Shown here one piece after another: positions 21,069-31,586 of a stretch of 64,000 nt of DNA. The translations under genes and the position numbers were made by a program. This DNA is from Naegleria gruberi. Lineage: Eukaryota. Positions within the stretch are counted from its first letter, which is position 1, and every line of letters begins with the position of its first letter. The stretch lies in NCBI GenBank assembly GCA_000004985.1, contig GG738911.1; one strand, given 5' to 3'. The notes beneath the pieces are model-generated. The model was not told the origin of the DNA, did not search any database, and saw only the letters and a program-made list of their open reading frames with translations.

Positions 21069-22462
21069 TTACCGTCTAGGAGGTGAGTCAGTATAGACTT
21101 CAGTGATCACACCAAAAACACAAATATTACCATTATCCCACATTAGAAACCTTCCAAATGGAGGATAAGAATAAACCGTAGCAACATAGATTTGATTTTT
21201 TGGTTTCAGAAGAACGGTAGCATATTGACCTTTTCTGAGCTCCATTGGATTTTCATCTCTCTCATATCTTTTAATCGTATTGGAGGAGACATAAAAATCC
21301 TTGAATTTACAGCTGGTTTGTAGTGAGTGAATATTAAATGTGGGATTGTACCCTCTTCGAAATGGTGACTCTCTCAATACAGCAATATCTGCCTTGAAAC
21401 TATGTACTTCTTTAGCATAATCATTATTAAAATCTGATAATACCATTCCAGGTTTAACGTTTGAAGGATTCAAACTTGTTTTCAATTGGATGGTTACCAA
21501 TTGACCTGCTTTTGCTTCCCTGACAAGTTTTCTGCAAATTGCAATGGATTCAATTTTCATGGAGGGAGGAAATTGTTTCTTGTGGGGAGTGAGTCTAATT
21601 TCTGTTTCCAATTTCAAAATTCCAGTTTCAATTTTTCCAAACACAACCAATGCACCTTTCAAATTAAAAACCTTTGAAATTGAAATTCGAAGTGGTAAAT
21701 CGTACCTGTAGAGAGGTGCCTTTAGAGAATTGATAGCATCCAAAAGACAAGGTCTACCACCTTTATACCATTCCATTTTACTGCCACACGCTGGTTCCAA
21801 AATATTATCATCATTATGATTTCCCAATAATGATGACAAGGCAGAAATTGGAATTACTGTAGCATTTCCATTCTTATATCCATTGTTCTTGTATATTTTA
21901 GTGATTTCACTCTTAATTTCCATAAATCTTGTTTTAGAATAATCAACACTCTCCATCTTATTCACACAGAAAATCAATTGAATTGATCCGAGACAATATG
22001 TGGCTCTAATCATTGTTGTAATATTTGGAATTCCAGCTTCAAAGGCTCCAATTTCAGCATCCAACACAACAATTCCAATATTTGCTTGTGATATTCCTCT
22101 AAACATACTTTTCAAAAATGGATTCGCTTTTTATCATCATCATTACCACATATATTTAAATTAATCAAATTTTCCTAATTACCTGGAGCATCAATAATAT
22201 TTAAATGAAAATGTTTAGTTTCGGCCATGCTGTAAACTAAATTCATTGTTCTTCCTCTCTTAATTTCATCCTTCGTTCTCGATAACACGCTTGCATAGTT
22301 TCGAATAGAATCAGACGAATCTAATTGCATGCCAGATTCTACTCGTTCCATGATTGAAGAATTGATAGTCCCGAGGGAGTGTAGTAATTGTACGGCCAAT
22401 GTTGTTTTACCAGAATTAGCTTGACCAAGAATAATCACACTCAGTGTTGGCTTTTCAAGCAT
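21069..22462 (-). CDS. EF-1alpha/HBS1/eRF3-family translational GTPase-like protein with degenerate catalytic motifs (two exons; intron 22127..22182)
   Basis: Exon 1 (22462..22183): MLEKPTLSVIILGQANSGKTT...RGRTMNLVYSMAETKHFHLNIIDAP, with G1 and G2 like EF1A. A GTAATT donor and aaaaag acceptor join it to exon 2: ANPFLKSMFRGISQANIGIVVLDAEIGAFEAGI...CVNKMESVDY, then EF1A-like beta-barrel domains II/III (VIPISALS...KPGMVLSD). Switch II reads DAPA rather than DxPGH, and NKxD is NKME. Confidence 0.7.
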
Positions 22463-23212
22463 TTTTTTTTGTTGTAAAGTTTATTGCACGTGCAATTTTG
22501 ACATTGAAACATATATCTACCAACAGTTGTCATTATGAAAAAATAATGTATGTGAATAGAACCAATCAGGCGAAAAAAATCTTTTGACAAACCATGCAAA
22601 AAAAACTGTTCGCATAATTAAGCTCATAATGCTAAAAAATATCTTTGGACATATATATCCTTAGTTATAATCAATCAACAAGAACTTGGAAAAATATTGA
22701 CAACAAGTAAGTCCATCCCGACTCGGTTGATTCTTGGAGAATGATTTAAATAGTAGTATTAATAGTAATTTTTGGAATTTAATTGTTCATCATGATTTGG
22801 AAATAATTTTATTATTTGGAAAAATTCAAGTTGGTACCAACCATCATCGGAACAACAACCAACCTGATCATCATTGTTATTTACCATCATTATAATATTT
22901 GTGGAAATAAATCTGATAATAATAATATTTTAGTATAACATGAATGTTTTGTAAACTTGATAAAATGTTCTTTTTATAAACGAATAAAGATATTTGAGTA
23001 ATGTGGAGAAAAACTGTCTTTATTTTGAATCTTGTGAATTTGAATTACCTAAAGATCTCAATAGTGAAAATTGGTATTTTAAAAGTGAATGGATAATTTT
23101 CATCTTTTTCACAATTTGAAAATAATTTCCAAAATTGGAAATTAGACAACTTGGGTGATTGAGTTTCATTTTCACAAATCATTGAATCTCAGCCATCCTC
23201 ATGCCGAAACAG

Positions 23213-23219
23213 TATAAAT
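23213..23219 (+). promoter_or_regulatory. TATA box (TATAAAT) ~56 bp upstream of the protease ATG
   Basis: agTATAAATtggc precedes ATG 23275 in a divergent intergenic region shared with the EF1A-like gene. Confidence 0.3.
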
Positions 23220-23274
23220 TGGCTCATCAGACGAAACATTGACTTTCAAACAATCACAAAAAAAACAAAACAAA

Positions 23275-24405
23275 ATGTATTCGAATATCAAAACTATCCG
23301 AAACACCTTGAGCAACTTGTTGCTCCTCACTCTCCTTACATTGACTTTCATCAACTGTTCCTCAATGCAAACCAATCTCTTTCCCTCCAATTCTAGAGCA
23401 ATCAACGTTGCTGGTGGCACATCAGTGTCATCTGCCAATGAATTTCCACATATGGTCAGCATTCAATACTACTCGAGCTCATCAGTTGCCACAGGAATCC
23501 ACTTCTGTGCAGGAACCATCATATCCCCTCTCCACATTGTCACTGCTTCTCACTGTGATATTGGTGTCACTTTAGATAAATTGAGAATTATTGCTGGGAA
23601 TTCGAATAATCAATGCACCGCTAGTTCAACATCATGCACGATTCGTACAGTTACCAAATTCACAAAGCATCCAAATTATGACAGTTCTACCATTAAGAAT
23701 GATATTGCAATCATTGAATTGGATCAACCAATTCCATTGGACGGAGTTAGAGCAGTTGCCGCCAAAATTGAGAATTTGACATTGGATCAATTTCTTTCAT
23801 CTAGTTCTAGCTCAATGGTAAATATTGCTGGTTGGGGAAGAACTACAACTCAATCAAGCGTTCAAGTGATTCAGAAGGCTATGGTTCCAATTTCGCCAGT
23901 TTCAGTTTGTAACGCCAAAAATTTGGGAGTTTCGTCTCCAAATCAAATATGTGCTGGTAATGGAAATGGTATTGATACTTGTGGTGGTGATAGTGGTGGT
24001 CCACTTTTCAGAGTTATTGCTGCAGGAACTGTCAATAACAATTTACCAATCTTTGTCTTGACAGGTGTCGTTTCTTATGGACCTCCAGGATGTGGTGGAT
24101 CAAATGTTGGTGCCTACACAAATGCAACTCAATATATCTCATTTATAAGAGAACAAGTTGGTTCCTCATATACAGTTGAAAAGTACGGAGATAGTTCAAA
24201 GCCAATTATTACTCCAACTCCTGTGCCATCTCCTTCTCCAGTCGTTCCTGTTCCTTCTAATAATGGTAATAATCAATCTTGTAAATGCAAGTGGTATTGT
24301 AAGAAGGTTAGACAAATGAGGGAAATGAGATTGAGAGGTGGAATGAATGTTGATGAGAGTCAATTTATGAAATGGATAAAGTTAAATCCATTCAATAAAA
24401 TGTAA
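23275..24405 (+). CDS. Secreted trypsin-like (S1) serine protease with Pro/Ser-rich linker and short Cys/basic tail
   Basis: Signal peptide MYSNIKTIRNTLSNLLLLTLLTLTFINC. Catalytic triad motifs are present: IVTASHC (His), DIAIIEL (Asp) and GDSGGPLF (Ser). This is followed by TPTPVPSPSPVVPVPS and CKCKWYCKK. The ORF-track start at 23239 is a TTG; the ATG is at 23275. Confidence 0.85.
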   Translation: MYSNIKTIRNTLSNLLLLTLLTLTFINCSSMQTNLFPSNSRAINVAGGTSVSSANEFPHMVSIQYYSSSSVATGIHFCAGTIISPLHIVTASHCDIGVTLDKLRIIAGNSNNQCTASSTSCTIRTVTKFTKHPNYDSSTIKNDIAIIELDQPIPLDGVRAVAAKIENLTLDQFLSSSSSSMVNIAGWGRTTTQSSVQVIQKAMVPISPVSVCNAKNLGVSSPNQICAGNGNGIDTCGGDSGGPLFRVIAAGTVNNNLPIFVLTGVVSYGPPGCGGSNVGAYTNATQYISFIREQVGSSYTVEKYGDSSKPIITPTPVPSPSPVVPVPSNNGNNQSCKCKWYCKKVRQMREMRLRGGMNVDESQFMKWIKLNPFNKM

Positions 24406-24491
24406 ACAAGATTTACAGAAATAGTTCAATAAAATAGTAACAAACTTTAACAAAATCGCACCATTGAAAAAATCGAAAAGAAGATAAAAAG

Positions 24492-24578
24492 ATCCGATTA
24501 TACGGAATCGAACCGCCGACCACAGGATAACAGTTTTTCTTGCTACAGTCCCATGCTCTACCAGCTGAGCTATCATCG
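24492..24578 (-). tRNA. tRNA-Tyr (GUA) with ~14-nt intron 3' of the anticodon
   Basis: Minus-strand sequence CCGATGATAGCTCAGCTGGTAGAGCATGGGACTGTAG[caagaaaaactgtt]ATCCTGTGGTCGGCGGTTCGATTCCGTATAATCGGA shows the D-arm GCTCAGCTGGTAGAGC, anticodon-loop CUGUAGA and T-loop GGTTCGATTCC. The intron position matches eukaryotic tRNA-Tyr. A few stem mismatches remain, so the call is moderate. Confidence 0.6.
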
Positions 24579-24701
24579 GTTATGATATTGTTATTTAATG
24601 GTACACAATTATAATATATAAATTATGTCGCAACTACATTTATCTCTTGAGCCATATGACTTTTCAAAATTTGGTGAATGTTCAAATATTGTAAAGAAGG
24701 G

Positions 24702-24708
24702 TATAAAG
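24702..24708 (+). promoter_or_regulatory. TATA-like box (TATAAAG) ~110 bp upstream of ATG 24817
   Basis: ggTATAAAGagtatttagagg lies in the intergenic region. Confidence 0.25.
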
Positions 24709-24816
24709 AGTATTTAGAGGGTTAACGGATTACACCACAATTCAGCGACCTTTAACACTCATTAATCCTAAAAAGAAAGAAAGACTCAGCGATTTACGAA
24801 TCGAAACATAAAAAAA

Positions 24817-26172
24817 ATGCAAATTTCATCCAGCAGCGAACAATGCCTCACATTGTTGGCTGTACTTTTCTTACCACTTTTCGTTTATTGCTCAGATTTC
24901 GGCAAAATCTACACTGTCTCCAAGTACAACAGTAAACAAGTATACGAAAATATATACGAAAGTTCAACATATAACTATCAAGGTTTTCAATCACCCTCTG
25001 ATTACTACAAGCTTCCTACTGGTATTCAAGTGAGTTTCCGATACCAATTCCAAAATATTGATGATGAAATTTCCTCATCAGATTCTTTTTCTTTCCAATT
25101 TCACAGAGAAACTAAACTAAAGTATTCCATTGACTTTCCACTCATCCAAAACGTTACCATTTTGAACGCAACTGTCCTATTAAACGCTAGATTTGGTATT
25201 TTCAATGTTGACATTCCCAATCAACTAATTGCCAGAATTGGAGATTTGCACTTTACAAAATTAAATCAAACTTTGAAGGAAAAAAGTGAATTTGGTGAAG
25301 AAATTTCTTCAATTGATGAATTTTCATTGAATTTAAATCTTTCTCAGATATTTACTACCATTAATTCAACAACAGTTGCCTTAATTTATAATTTGGGAGA
25401 TACTGAGCCAAGAAATGTGAAATTTTCACAATGGACGAAACTTTCATGTCCTTCCTCTTATGAGCTAATTGAAGAAAAGTTGAGAAATTCGAAAGAGTTT
25501 ACATCTCTTGGATTTGTAGAGGGACCAGTTTCGTATAATGATCCATCAATTCCAAAGTTTAAAATTGAAGAAATGAACCAAGTTAGAGTGGAAGATATTC
25601 AAGATTCGTATAACAAAAGACCAGGTTTCGAATATACAATTTTGAAGAGCTACATGTTTTATCAAAGTAATATCGAGTACGATAATCTATTATCTTCCTA
25701 TATTAATTTCAACTTTGAATCCAATGGAAATTTCACAGATATTTATGGAAGAAATGTCATAATTGACTTGGCATCAATGTCATGTGGAGCTCGTGTCAAA
25801 TACGGATACAAATTCGGAGATGAGATTAAGGATTATTCATTTGAGGATAAAAGATCCAATGAATACGTTCAATGTGATCACGGAACTTTCTTCAATAATT
25901 CCTTAATAGTTTTCTATGGGAAAGTTCTGAATGGACCATTACCACCTGTTCCTTATCCATCATTTTCTCCTTCTCCTTCTCCTCATCCACATTATTCGAA
26001 ACAAATTGTTTCATCTTCTTCATCTAAAAATGGAAATAATCAATCTGTGATTATTGGTGTGAGTGTTGGCTTGGGATTATTTGCTTTTTGTGTTGTGATT
26101 TCAATCATTTCAATGGTGATTTGTATTGTGGTGAAAAGACGTCAGAAATATGCCTATCAATCCGTTCAATAA
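24817..26172 (+). CDS. Type I single-pass membrane protein, unknown family
   Basis: 451-aa ORF with signal peptide (LTLLAVLFLPLFVYCS), a large ectodomain with NxT sites, a Pro/Ser stalk (PLPPVPYPSFSPSPSPHPH) and a TM helix (VIIGVSVGLGLFAFCVVISIISMVICIVV), then a basic stop-transfer KRRQKY. Confidence 0.6.
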   Translation: MQISSSSEQCLTLLAVLFLPLFVYCSDFGKIYTVSKYNSKQVYENIYESSTYNYQGFQSPSDYYKLPTGIQVSFRYQFQNIDDEISSSDSFSFQFHRETKLKYSIDFPLIQNVTILNATVLLNARFGIFNVDIPNQLIARIGDLHFTKLNQTLKEKSEFGEEISSIDEFSLNLNLSQIFTTINSTTVALIYNLGDTEPRNVKFSQWTKLSCPSSYELIEEKLRNSKEFTSLGFVEGPVSYNDPSIPKFKIEEMNQVRVEDIQDSYNKRPGFEYTILKSYMFYQSNIEYDNLLSSYINFNFESNGNFTDIYGRNVIIDLASMSCGARVKYGYKFGDEIKDYSFEDKRSNEYVQCDHGTFFNNSLIVFYGKVLNGPLPPVPYPSFSPSPSPHPHYSKQIVSSSSSKNGNNQSVIIGVSVGLGLFAFCVVISIISMVICIVVKRRQKYAYQSVQ

Positions 26173-26395
26173 AATTTAACACGTTCAAATCTGTTTATTG
26201 TGATAAAATTATGGAACTATCGAATAATTTGTGTGTGAAAAAGGTTTTGTAAACAATTTAGAGTTTATTTTGGGTAAGTTTGACGGTTCTCCGCTTTTGC
26301 ATTGACTTCTAACCGTTGGGGTAAATGGTCCTTTCGTTTACATGCAATTAATTGGCAATAGAAAACTGAAACTTTGGTTGACACTTGTTAAAAAA

Positions 26396-27589
26396 ATGTC
26401 AAAAGTCAGCTTGCTTGTTTTTATCATTGTTTTCGCTTGTTTTGTTGGTTGCGTACAAGCTTCTATCCATCTAGTACCACAAGCAACCAAATCCACTCCA
26501 GCTAGTCAAAGTAAACTTGAAGAAACTAAACTAATCATCTTGCCTTCATGGACACAAATATTCGAAACTAGACAAATCAATGGACAAACCATCTCACAAT
26601 ACGCCCAACAATATGTCAACTGGGCAGGTGTCATTGGAGGTTCCGTAGCTGGTCTTTTATTTTTAATTATCATCTTACCAACAATTATTGCCTGCGTTGC
26701 TTTATGCATTGTTGGATGTTGTGTGAAACAAACTAATTCAAACGAAACCGAGTTGGAATCAAAGAATCCATACTCTGAGTTACCTACCACATCCATTTCA
26801 GGTCAATTGGTCAATGGAACAACTTTATATGATGTCAATTATGCTGATTGTGCAGTTTTCCTTTTTTGGGCAGTTACATGGATTTTCAGAAAATTAACAT
26901 GTGGAATTTTTGATTCCATTTTCATTTTGAGAAGAACAAGATTTCGTGTCAGAAAAATGTTGGTTGGAAATCGGAAATTAGACATGGACATTTCTGATCA
27001 CTGTTGTCACATTCCATTTCTTCATTATTTGAACGGTTGGCTGAATTTGTACACTTGTGGATTGTGGAGAGTCTTTGGAATGACCCACAGATTCTATTAC
27101 AGAAAGATTGATGATAGAATTTATTGGAAACCATTAGAAAGTTCAAAAGAAAATTCAGAAGAAATTCAATGGATTGGCTTTAACAATGAAAAAGGTGGCA
27201 AAAATCAATTCACATGGTTTAGTATCTATTGTGGATGGAGAATTGAATTAATGTATTGGTTCTTGAAGAGATTTGTAAATGTTTTCACATTATTCTTTGC
27301 AGGACCATTTATAGAAGCTTGGTATTTAAGGGAAAAGATTCAATTTGCTAAATTTGGAGGGAAGGGAAGTTTTGCAATTATTCAAAATGGTCAACCAATT
27401 TCGATGGTTGCTGGTTCTCCAATGAAATTATCATTTAATTCCATTTTGGATGGATGTTCCTATTTAGGAAGGTTAGTATTGTTTAGATTTTTGGTAATTG
27501 TTTCATGTGGAGTGTTTGCTTGTTGTCCTGGTGAGAGATTTGTATTGTCATTTATTGATGAACATTTGGTATTGAATTCTTCTCATTAA
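26396..27589 (+). CDS. Secreted/membrane protein, unknown family
   Basis: Signal peptide MSKVSLLVFIIVFACFVGCVQAS begins at the second in-frame ATG (the ORF track starts at 26342). There is a TM helix near residue 100 (AGVIGGSVAGLLFLIIILPTIIACVALCIV) and a W/F-rich C-terminal domain. Confidence 0.55.
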   Translation: MSKVSLLVFIIVFACFVGCVQASIHLVPQATKSTPASQSKLEETKLIILPSWTQIFETRQINGQTISQYAQQYVNWAGVIGGSVAGLLFLIIILPTIIACVALCIVGCCVKQTNSNETELESKNPYSELPTTSISGQLVNGTTLYDVNYADCAVFLFWAVTWIFRKLTCGIFDSIFILRRTRFRVRKMLVGNRKLDMDISDHCCHIPFLHYLNGWLNLYTCGLWRVFGMTHRFYYRKIDDRIYWKPLESSKENSEEIQWIGFNNEKGGKNQFTWFSIYCGWRIELMYWFLKRFVNVFTLFFAGPFIEAWYLREKIQFAKFGGKGSFAIIQNGQPISMVAGSPMKLSFNSILDGCSYLGRLVLFRFLVIVSCGVFACCPGERFVLSFIDEHLVLNSSH

Positions 27590-27929
27590 TAAACCAGTAC
27601 TTTACAATTTTATTAAATATATTTAAAGATGATTACAAAAAAAATGCAAACCCAACAAGAAGGAGCCAATAATTGGAAACGAATCATCCTGTTGTTAATC
27701 TTGCTCGTTCCTGCCCAGCTATTTATTTATTACTATTATTATTATTTCATCGGAAGATGAAGGCTTTAAATTTTCATCATCATTAAAATCGGCTGATGAA
27801 GAAATTAAAACAATAATCAGTGATCAGCATCATCTTAATGTTGTTGATAAGTTAATATTACTTTCCAATTTTTCTACTTGTTTTAATTCAGCATCAGCAT
27901 CGGAAGGAAAATTAATTCTACAAAAATTG

Positions 27930-30371
27930 ATGAATGAACGAAAGAAGCCTTCAAATCATCACAATCATCATACTTTGGAATCATTGAGGGAATTATTAAA
28001 ATTATTAATCGAATTTAAATATTATCATCATTACGATCATGATGATGAAAGAGCGAATGATAACAAATTGCTCAATGAACATTCAAGAATGATGATGGAA
28101 AGAATTGAATTCCCTCTCCGAATTTATGTTTATCCACTGAGTGAAAATGGAAAGCAAATGTATGAGAGAACTATAGACATGTGTAAGAATCATTCCTTTG
28201 ATAATGAGGAAATGACCTTCTTTCCACATGCCTATATTGATTGCTATTTAATTGATTTTATCATGTTGAATACTTCTAATTACTATGATGGAAATTTGAT
28301 AAAAAGAGTGAATAATATTGAGGAGGCAAATATTGCATACATTCCAATTCCTCTCGTAATGAATTTCTATGATAATATTAAAAAGGAGGGAGAGAAGGAT
28401 TTTCTAAACTTGACAGAAAAGATTAAATCTGATTTTTACAATGAAATGATTTACAATACTGAAATGGAAGATAATTTTGAAAAAGTTCCACATTTTGTAA
28501 CGTATTCCTTTGTTTCGTATAGACTTTCATTTAGTGGAATTCCAAAACAGGTTAAAATTGTAACGTTGGAAAATGTGGCAATTAGTGGTTCACCACAGAA
28601 TGCTTGGTATGATAATGGATGTCAAGATAGATGCCTCACCATTCCATATGCAACCATTTTTGATTGGCCATCAGCATATAATGAAAGTTCTAACACTCTC
28701 TATGCAGAGGATTATACACACAATTGGAAGAATAGACCCTATCTTCTCTCATTCATTGGTTCATTGAATAGAACTGAAATTCTATTCACTCATAGATATC
28801 ATCTTGTGACCAAGTTGAGCGAATTCAGAGGTAGATATTTTCATACATTCAAGGAATCAATTTCTACGAGTAGTAATATTGAAATTTATGGAAAATCCAA
28901 ATTTTGTTTACAACTTCATGGAGATACACCAACTAGAAATGCATTCTATGAATCCTTGCTCATGGGTTGCATACCAGTCATTACTGAGAAGACATTTATT
29001 AGTTATCGATCACTTTTTGGATATTTATTACCAGTTGAGGAATTTACAATTGTAATTGATAACAAGTATGCTGAAGAACATGTTCCTGTAAAGGAAATTA
29101 TTGAGAGATTGAATCAAATTGATAGGAATGGTGAATATTTGAGAATGTTGAACATTTTCAAATCCATTTCCTTTTTCCTTCGATACAAACATGCTCAATC
29201 ATCAAATCTACTTGCTATTCTATCTATCTTGAGTGCACAGATACCACTTTCAATTCCTCCAAGATATAACAATCGTCCCAGAGATGAACAACATGACAAT
29301 TTTAATCCTATTGATATATTTATGGGAAGACCAATTGAAAAAGTTTACAAGTGGATGAATTTATCAATTCCTAAATTTAACATGACAATGAAAATGGAAA
29401 ATTGTGGAGAATTTACTTGTAAAATTTACATTCCACAATTCTATCATGAATTAACAATTGATTCCCTATCAACACATAATAGCATTGATCATTTACCAAC
29501 TCTAATGGAATTTGCACTTATTCAACGATTGAAGAATGAAAATATTCTCACCAGCAATACTGAACATGCCAATTTGATATTCTATCCATTTAATCTCAAT
29601 GTGATATTCAATCAACATGTATTGGATCAACAAGTGAAACAAGTTGGAATTCAGAAGAAGGGATTTCTCATTAGCAACAACACTGGAAATGAACAAATAC
29701 CAAAAATTATTGAAAATCTAAACAAAATTCAATCCATTTTCAATAATTTCACCATTTATACATTATCACCACATGCAATTGAGCAAAAGAATGTGAAAAC
29801 TCTACCATTCACAACCATTGAACTTTTTGATTCCAATTTCCATCAAATTTCCACTTCTTTCAATAGAAATTCTCTACTTTGTCAATTAATTGAAGAAAAT
29901 TTCAATGGGGAGGAAAATCAAATTGCGGAAATGTTGGAAATTCACTTTGGAAATGATTATCCACATTTATTCTCTAAAAAGGTCAATTCGATCGAATTAC
30001 TGAACTGTACCTATGTCATCATGTCAAATGTAAATCCATCAAAATTATTACATCAATCAATTCGACATGGCTCAATACCCATTTCTTTAAATTCCAATAA
30101 TCAGGACCTTAATGCATTATTACCACATCAAGTTATTGATCGATCTCAAATAATTCTTGAAATTCCAAAACCAATTCAAAAACTTTACAAAAATTTGGAA
30201 TTTTTCTCAAATTGGCTGATTCGATTTTTACAAAATATTTCACATGAAGAAATTCAAGCAAGAAGACAAGCAATGACAAAGTTAAAAAGTTATTTTAATT
30301 TATCGAATGAAAAACATGGTGGTAAATATGATTTAGCTGATCTTGTCTTGTGTTCCCTTAACTGTCACTAA
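27930..30371 (+). CDS. Exostosin-like glycosyltransferase (GT47) paralog 1
   Basis: 814-aa ORF with the GT47 C-terminal motif KFCLQLHGDTPTRNAFYESLLMGCIPVI. The ORF-track start at 27927 is TTG and the first ATG is 27930. An expected type-II signal anchor is encoded upstream (27631..27759) in a different frame (see findings). Confidence 0.7.
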   Translation: MNERKKPSNHHNHHTLESLRELLKLLIEFKYYHHYDHDDERANDNKLLNEHSRMMMERIEFPLRIYVYPLSENGKQMYERTIDMCKNHSFDNEEMTFFPHAYIDCYLIDFIMLNTSNYYDGNLIKRVNNIEEANIAYIPIPLVMNFYDNIKKEGEKDFLNLTEKIKSDFYNEMIYNTEMEDNFEKVPHFVTYSFVSYRLSFSGIPKQVKIVTLENVAISGSPQNAWYDNGCQDRCLTIPYATIFDWPSAYNESSNTLYAEDYTHNWKNRPYLLSFIGSLNRTEILFTHRYHLVTKLSEFRGRYFHTFKESISTSSNIEIYGKSKFCLQLHGDTPTRNAFYESLLMGCIPVITEKTFISYRSLFGYLLPVEEFTIVIDNKYAEEHVPVKEIIERLNQIDRNGEYLRMLNIFKSISFFLRYKHAQSSNLLAILSILSAQIPLSIPPRYNNRPRDEQHDNFNPIDIFMGRPIEKVYKWMNLSIPKFNMTMKMENCGEFTCKIYIPQFYHELTIDSLSTHNSIDHLPTLMEFALIQRLKNENILTSNTEHANLIFYPFNLNVIFNQHVLDQQVKQVGIQKKGFLISNNTGNEQIPKIIENLNKIQSIFNNFTIYTLSPHAIEQKNVKTLPFTTIELFDSNFHQISTSFNRNSLLCQLIEENFNGEENQIAEMLEIHFGNDYPHLFSKKVNSIELLNCTYVIMSNVNPSKLLHQSIRHGSIPISLNSNNQDLNALLPHQVIDRSQIILEIPKPIQKLYKNLEFFSNWLIRFLQNISHEEIQARRQAMTKLKSYFNLSNEKHGGKYDLADLVLCSLNCH

Positions 30372-30575
30372 TCAAAAAAATTGTTACTAATGAAATTCAA
30401 TTTTCAAAATTATTGTAGTCTTCAATTTTATACAACAAACAAACCCTATCCAAAATGAGAGTTTCATCAGATCAGGAAAATAAATGTTGATTGGTGGCAT
30501 GTGACAGGTAACCTTCCAGTTTGATCTCTTTAAAAAACATCAAAAAAAAAATAACTGATCCTATTATTCACCAAC

Positions 30576-31586
30576 ATGTTAAAACCAACAATTCTCATCG
30601 TCATCATCTTGCTTTTTCATCAATTTTTTATTAACTGTCAACAATCATTTGAAATTGCCAAATTTATTTCCGAACAAAATGAACAATTTAAACAAGAAAT
30701 TAATCAAGAATTTGAATTTCCAATTCATTCATCACGAAATATACAACAAGAATCATGTGTCCCATTGACAACACCTGTAGAATATTGTTCCGGACTAATT
30801 CCAAATAACATTTCGTATATAACTTCAAGATCATTAAACACAGTCGAACCTAGACTAATCTCACAAATTGACAATTTTATTACAAAAATGGAAGTTAATT
30901 ATGGTTCTATTACATCTAATTGTAAAAATTCAGCAATTGATTTATATTGTAGCATGTCATTTAAAAGATGTGTTCATGACAGGAGTAGAGGATTAGTTGA
31001 GCTCTATAAACCATGTCAATATTTATGTCAAGAATTATATTTGAATTGCATTCCTGATAGAAAAGTTGCAATTGCTTCATCTAGAAATGATTGTGGTGAT
31101 GAAAATTATCCGAAAGGTGCTTATTCAGTTCAACCAACTTGTACTGATATTTATTTTGATAGAGATGTCACTTCTTATTATATTATGAGTTTTACTTTAT
31201 TAGGTGTTGGATTATTGAGCTCATTGATGTGTGGTGGAAGTTTTTTAATTTGTATTTGTTGTGCCAAGTCAATTAAACCATCAAATTCAACCATTGGTGA
31301 TGCTTATTCACATCAACAAGAATCTGATACTAATTCTAGACAAAGTATTAATAGTGGATTTAGATTTTCAATTGATGAAGGAAAACCAATGTTTTCAAAT
31401 TCACCAATTATCAATTCATCCATTAATTCAACTAATTCAGTTGGTGGTGGTGTTAATACTACTTCTGGTAATGCTGCTAATACTACAACTACCACTGCAA
31501 GTGGTAATAGTAATGCATTTGGAGGAAATGATAATGATGGATTGACTGTTATTAATATTAGTGGTGGTGATAATGATTCAAATTAA
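30576..31586 (+). CDS. Frizzled-type cysteine-rich domain (FZ-CRD) single-pass membrane protein with S/N/T-rich tail
   Basis: Signal peptide, then 10-Cys spacing CVPLTTPVEYC...NCKNSAIDLYCSMSFKRCVH...YKPCQYLCQELYLNCIP...DCGDENYP, matching the Frizzled CRD pattern (C.P(I/L)....C ... PCRSLCE.....C). A TM helix follows (MSFTLLGVGLLSSLMCGGSFLICICCA). Confidence 0.6.
   Translation: MLKPTILIVIILLFHQFFINCQQSFEIAKFISEQNEQFKQEINQEFEFPIHSSRNIQQESCVPLTTPVEYCSGLIPNNISYITSRSLNTVEPRLISQIDNFITKMEVNYGSITSNCKNSAIDLYCSMSFKRCVHDRSRGLVELYKPCQYLCQELYLNCIPDRKVAIASSRNDCGDENYPKGAYSVQPTCTDIYFDRDVTSYYIMSFTLLGVGLLSSLMCGGSFLICICCAKSIKPSNSTIGDAYSHQQESDTNSRQSINSGFRFSIDEGKPMFSNSPIINSSINSTNSVGGGVNTTSGNAANTTTTTASGNSNAFGGNDNDGLTVINISGGDNDSN

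Noticed and set aside
31261-31545. 94-aa plus ORF and 60-aa minus ORF inside the S/N/T-rich tail of the FZ-CRD gene
   Set aside because: Low-complexity region keeps several frames open. The annotated frame is the one continuous with the CRD and TM helix.
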